Shown: positions 49,756 to 51,898 of the stretch, piece after piece
Numbering within the stretch: the first letter of the stretch is position 1
Layout of the letters: the number at the start of each line of letters is the position of its first letter
Source of the DNA: Mizuhopecten yessoensis
Taxonomy: Eukaryota
Direction of reading: 5' to 3'
Assembly (NCBI RefSeq): GCF_002113885.1
Contig: NW_018479811.1
Span: 1 to 51,898, forward strand
Length of the DNA: 51,898 bases
Position numbers and translations under genes: made by a program
The notes under the pieces: model-generated
Databases searched by the model: none
What the model was told of the DNA's origin: nothing
The model's input: only the letters and a program-made list of their open reading frames with translations

Positions 49756-51103
49756 ACTGCCAGAAACCGTGAACTTAATGACCTTTCCAAACGGCAATGA
49801 AGACACAAATCAATTAGCAGAAAGCTGGGATGTCTGCACTGGAAATGCATTCGATAACATCATTCCAGAATGTACCCTATTACACCTAAGTGGCAGTTGT
49901 GAAACCGACGAAACACACCATAAGTTTTACTCTGGATTATAAACAAACATGTCCGACAGCCTTGACAAGTATTTTATTGGCGATTTGTTCAAGAAATCTT
50001 CTGATTTGGATTCAGACACAAGACCCAGACTTTATACACCTGATTTTAGTACATGTAGCGAAAGTATTGATGCCTTACAACCCGCAAACAGTGTCGATTT
50101 ACCAACACTGCCGAGAAAAAGACATCAAAATCAAAGTGACAGTTTTGAAGTCATAGATTCTACGGAATCAATAACGCGTTTCATGAATACACCGTCACAG
50201 TCGTCAAAACTTAACGCGATGGAGAATCCATCGGACTCGGCAAGTTCTGTAAGGTCCGGTGCGTTTTTTGATGGCTACTTCCAAGTTAATAGTATCTATT
50301 CATTAGATGATAAGAATCCAATAAGCTCAATGGAAACCATTCAGGATAGTGACACTAAATCTGATGAACAGGACGATATTTTGGATACGCCTAAACTTAG
50401 ACAACAAGACTTGTATTTAAAGCTCAGAGAACTGGAAAACGAAATGAAACAAATAGAACAGCTTCAAAAAGATATAAGTTCAAACAAAGCTCCAGGACTA
50501 CTTAACATGCATCATCCTAAATTGTCTTTCCAGCGATCTGTGAGCGAAAGCGATATATGTAATTCCATGGAATTTGAAGACAAAATGGAAGGTCTGGATA
50601 TCAATAATGAATTAAATGTAATCGAACCTGATAATCATGATATAAAAAAATCCACGAGCATAGACGATATCAACAAGAGGACAAAAAGAGACAGATCAAG
50701 TACACTATTACATGATCAACCTGATATCAGAGCATCGTCAAGCTTTGGAAATATCAAAACAAAGGCCACAGACCTGTGGGGTAAAATAACTAAATGCGAT
50801 AAAGACACCTCTGACGAAACATCTCAAAAGCTTGTAATCAAAGTAGACGCCCGGGTGGAGCTGTCATGTCCATGTGAAAGATCGTGTGGACCTGTTGAAA
50901 GGTTGGCGACAACACAAGGTGGTTACATCTATGTTTCCTTCAAAAAGTGTTCGTGGGTTTCTTTGTACAACAATAAACACGAGAGAGTGTACCAGTTTGA
51001 TACACGTGGTCGTGTGGATAGTCTGGCGGTGTCTGCGACTGGGGTCCTCTATGTCTCGTGTCCTCATCAGAAGAAGATTATCATGTTGTCATCAAATCAT
51101 CAG
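49756..51103 (+). pseudogene. Gene A4 exon 2 with in-frame GAA>TAA at 49940-49942; exon 3 expected beyond the window end
   Basis: Acceptor CCATACAG|A. GGA TTA TAA ACA AAC ATG here versus GGA TTA GAA ACA AAC ATG in A1 and A2. Open from ATG 49949 to the donor CATCAG|GTATGC. Confidence 0.75.
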
Positions 51104-51898
51104 GTATGCGCTAAAAACCTTGCAATACCACTTTTTTGAATGATAAATGTACGATACAATGAATTTTAAATGCTATTTTCTTGTCTAGGTTGCATGAATA
51201 TTTTGTTCCTGTATGCTGGTAATTTAAATTCTAGACTTCTGCCCTTTATTTATACTCTTATTATACCTATCATGACGTATTTTTGTAAAAGCTTTCAGCA
51301 TTTTGTAGGATATTGCAGAAAGATCTGATCTCTTCATGAAGCAATAATTGAGAATATGCATGAAAATATATTAATAGAAAATAATTAGCATTATAGAAAT
51401 ATCAATAGAATTGGATCTTTCCACAATAACATACATGTATGTGCTAGAATCTTCCTTGTTTTAAGTTCATATCACACTGTACACATTTGCATTCACGTTC
51501 TTAAACTATATATAGTCTTAATCTATATATAGATAAAGATAGCTAACACAGTCTTATTCTGAAGTCGTCTCCAATAAAAACAAAATCATACCACCACACG
51601 TCGTCATTATACACAAGAAAAAAAAAGGTCGGCCCGCATTATGTATTACATGGTATCATGTTCCTCTACGTCCTCATTGGCTGAAAACATTATCACGCAA
51701 ATGTCATTGATTTGTGATATTGACTCCTGTTTTTGTATTATTTTGGACACATCGGGTAAATACTTACATTATAACGTCACTCCATTTGTAACGCCTGACA
51801 AATGCAGTTATTTTTCCTATGGCGATTTGCTTATGGTCCATCTGGATAATATTTAAGTTCATTTAATCTCATGTTTACCTGAACAAAAGTCCATAATT

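Overview
AT-rich eukaryotic genomic DNA from a draft assembly, with a 716-N gap at 39952-40667 and single-N joins at 10803, 41927 and 43187. A bivalve mollusc origin is inferred from the secreted C1q-only gene, the expanded TRIM-NHL-like propellers and the repeat content. The window is dominated by a + strand tandem array of six related spliced genes. Four are close 'A' paralogs (ATGs at 145, 24511, 37200, 47257) and two are divergent (B, ATG 9155; C, ATG 17742). They share one plan: a short PxxPxR/K proline-rich exon (not found for C), a long exon encoding a disordered region plus the first blades of an NHL-type beta-propeller, and a last exon with the rest of the propeller. Intron phases are conserved (2, then 0). 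No RING or B-box is present. The disordered arms instead carry short linear motifs (SH3-ligand, NPF, clathrin-box-like, YxxM/YDDV/YxxP, RSxSxS), suggesting an uncharacterised NHL adaptor/scaffold family. A1, A2 and C look intact, while B, A3 and A4 carry in-frame TAA codons. A two-exon secreted C1q-domain gene lies on the - strand between B and C. Non-coding features include a 28-bp minisatellite, several TIR/foldback elements defined by paralogous empty sites, a Crypton-like remnant with a 160-bp hairpin, and a Penelope-type minimal hammerhead ribozyme motif.
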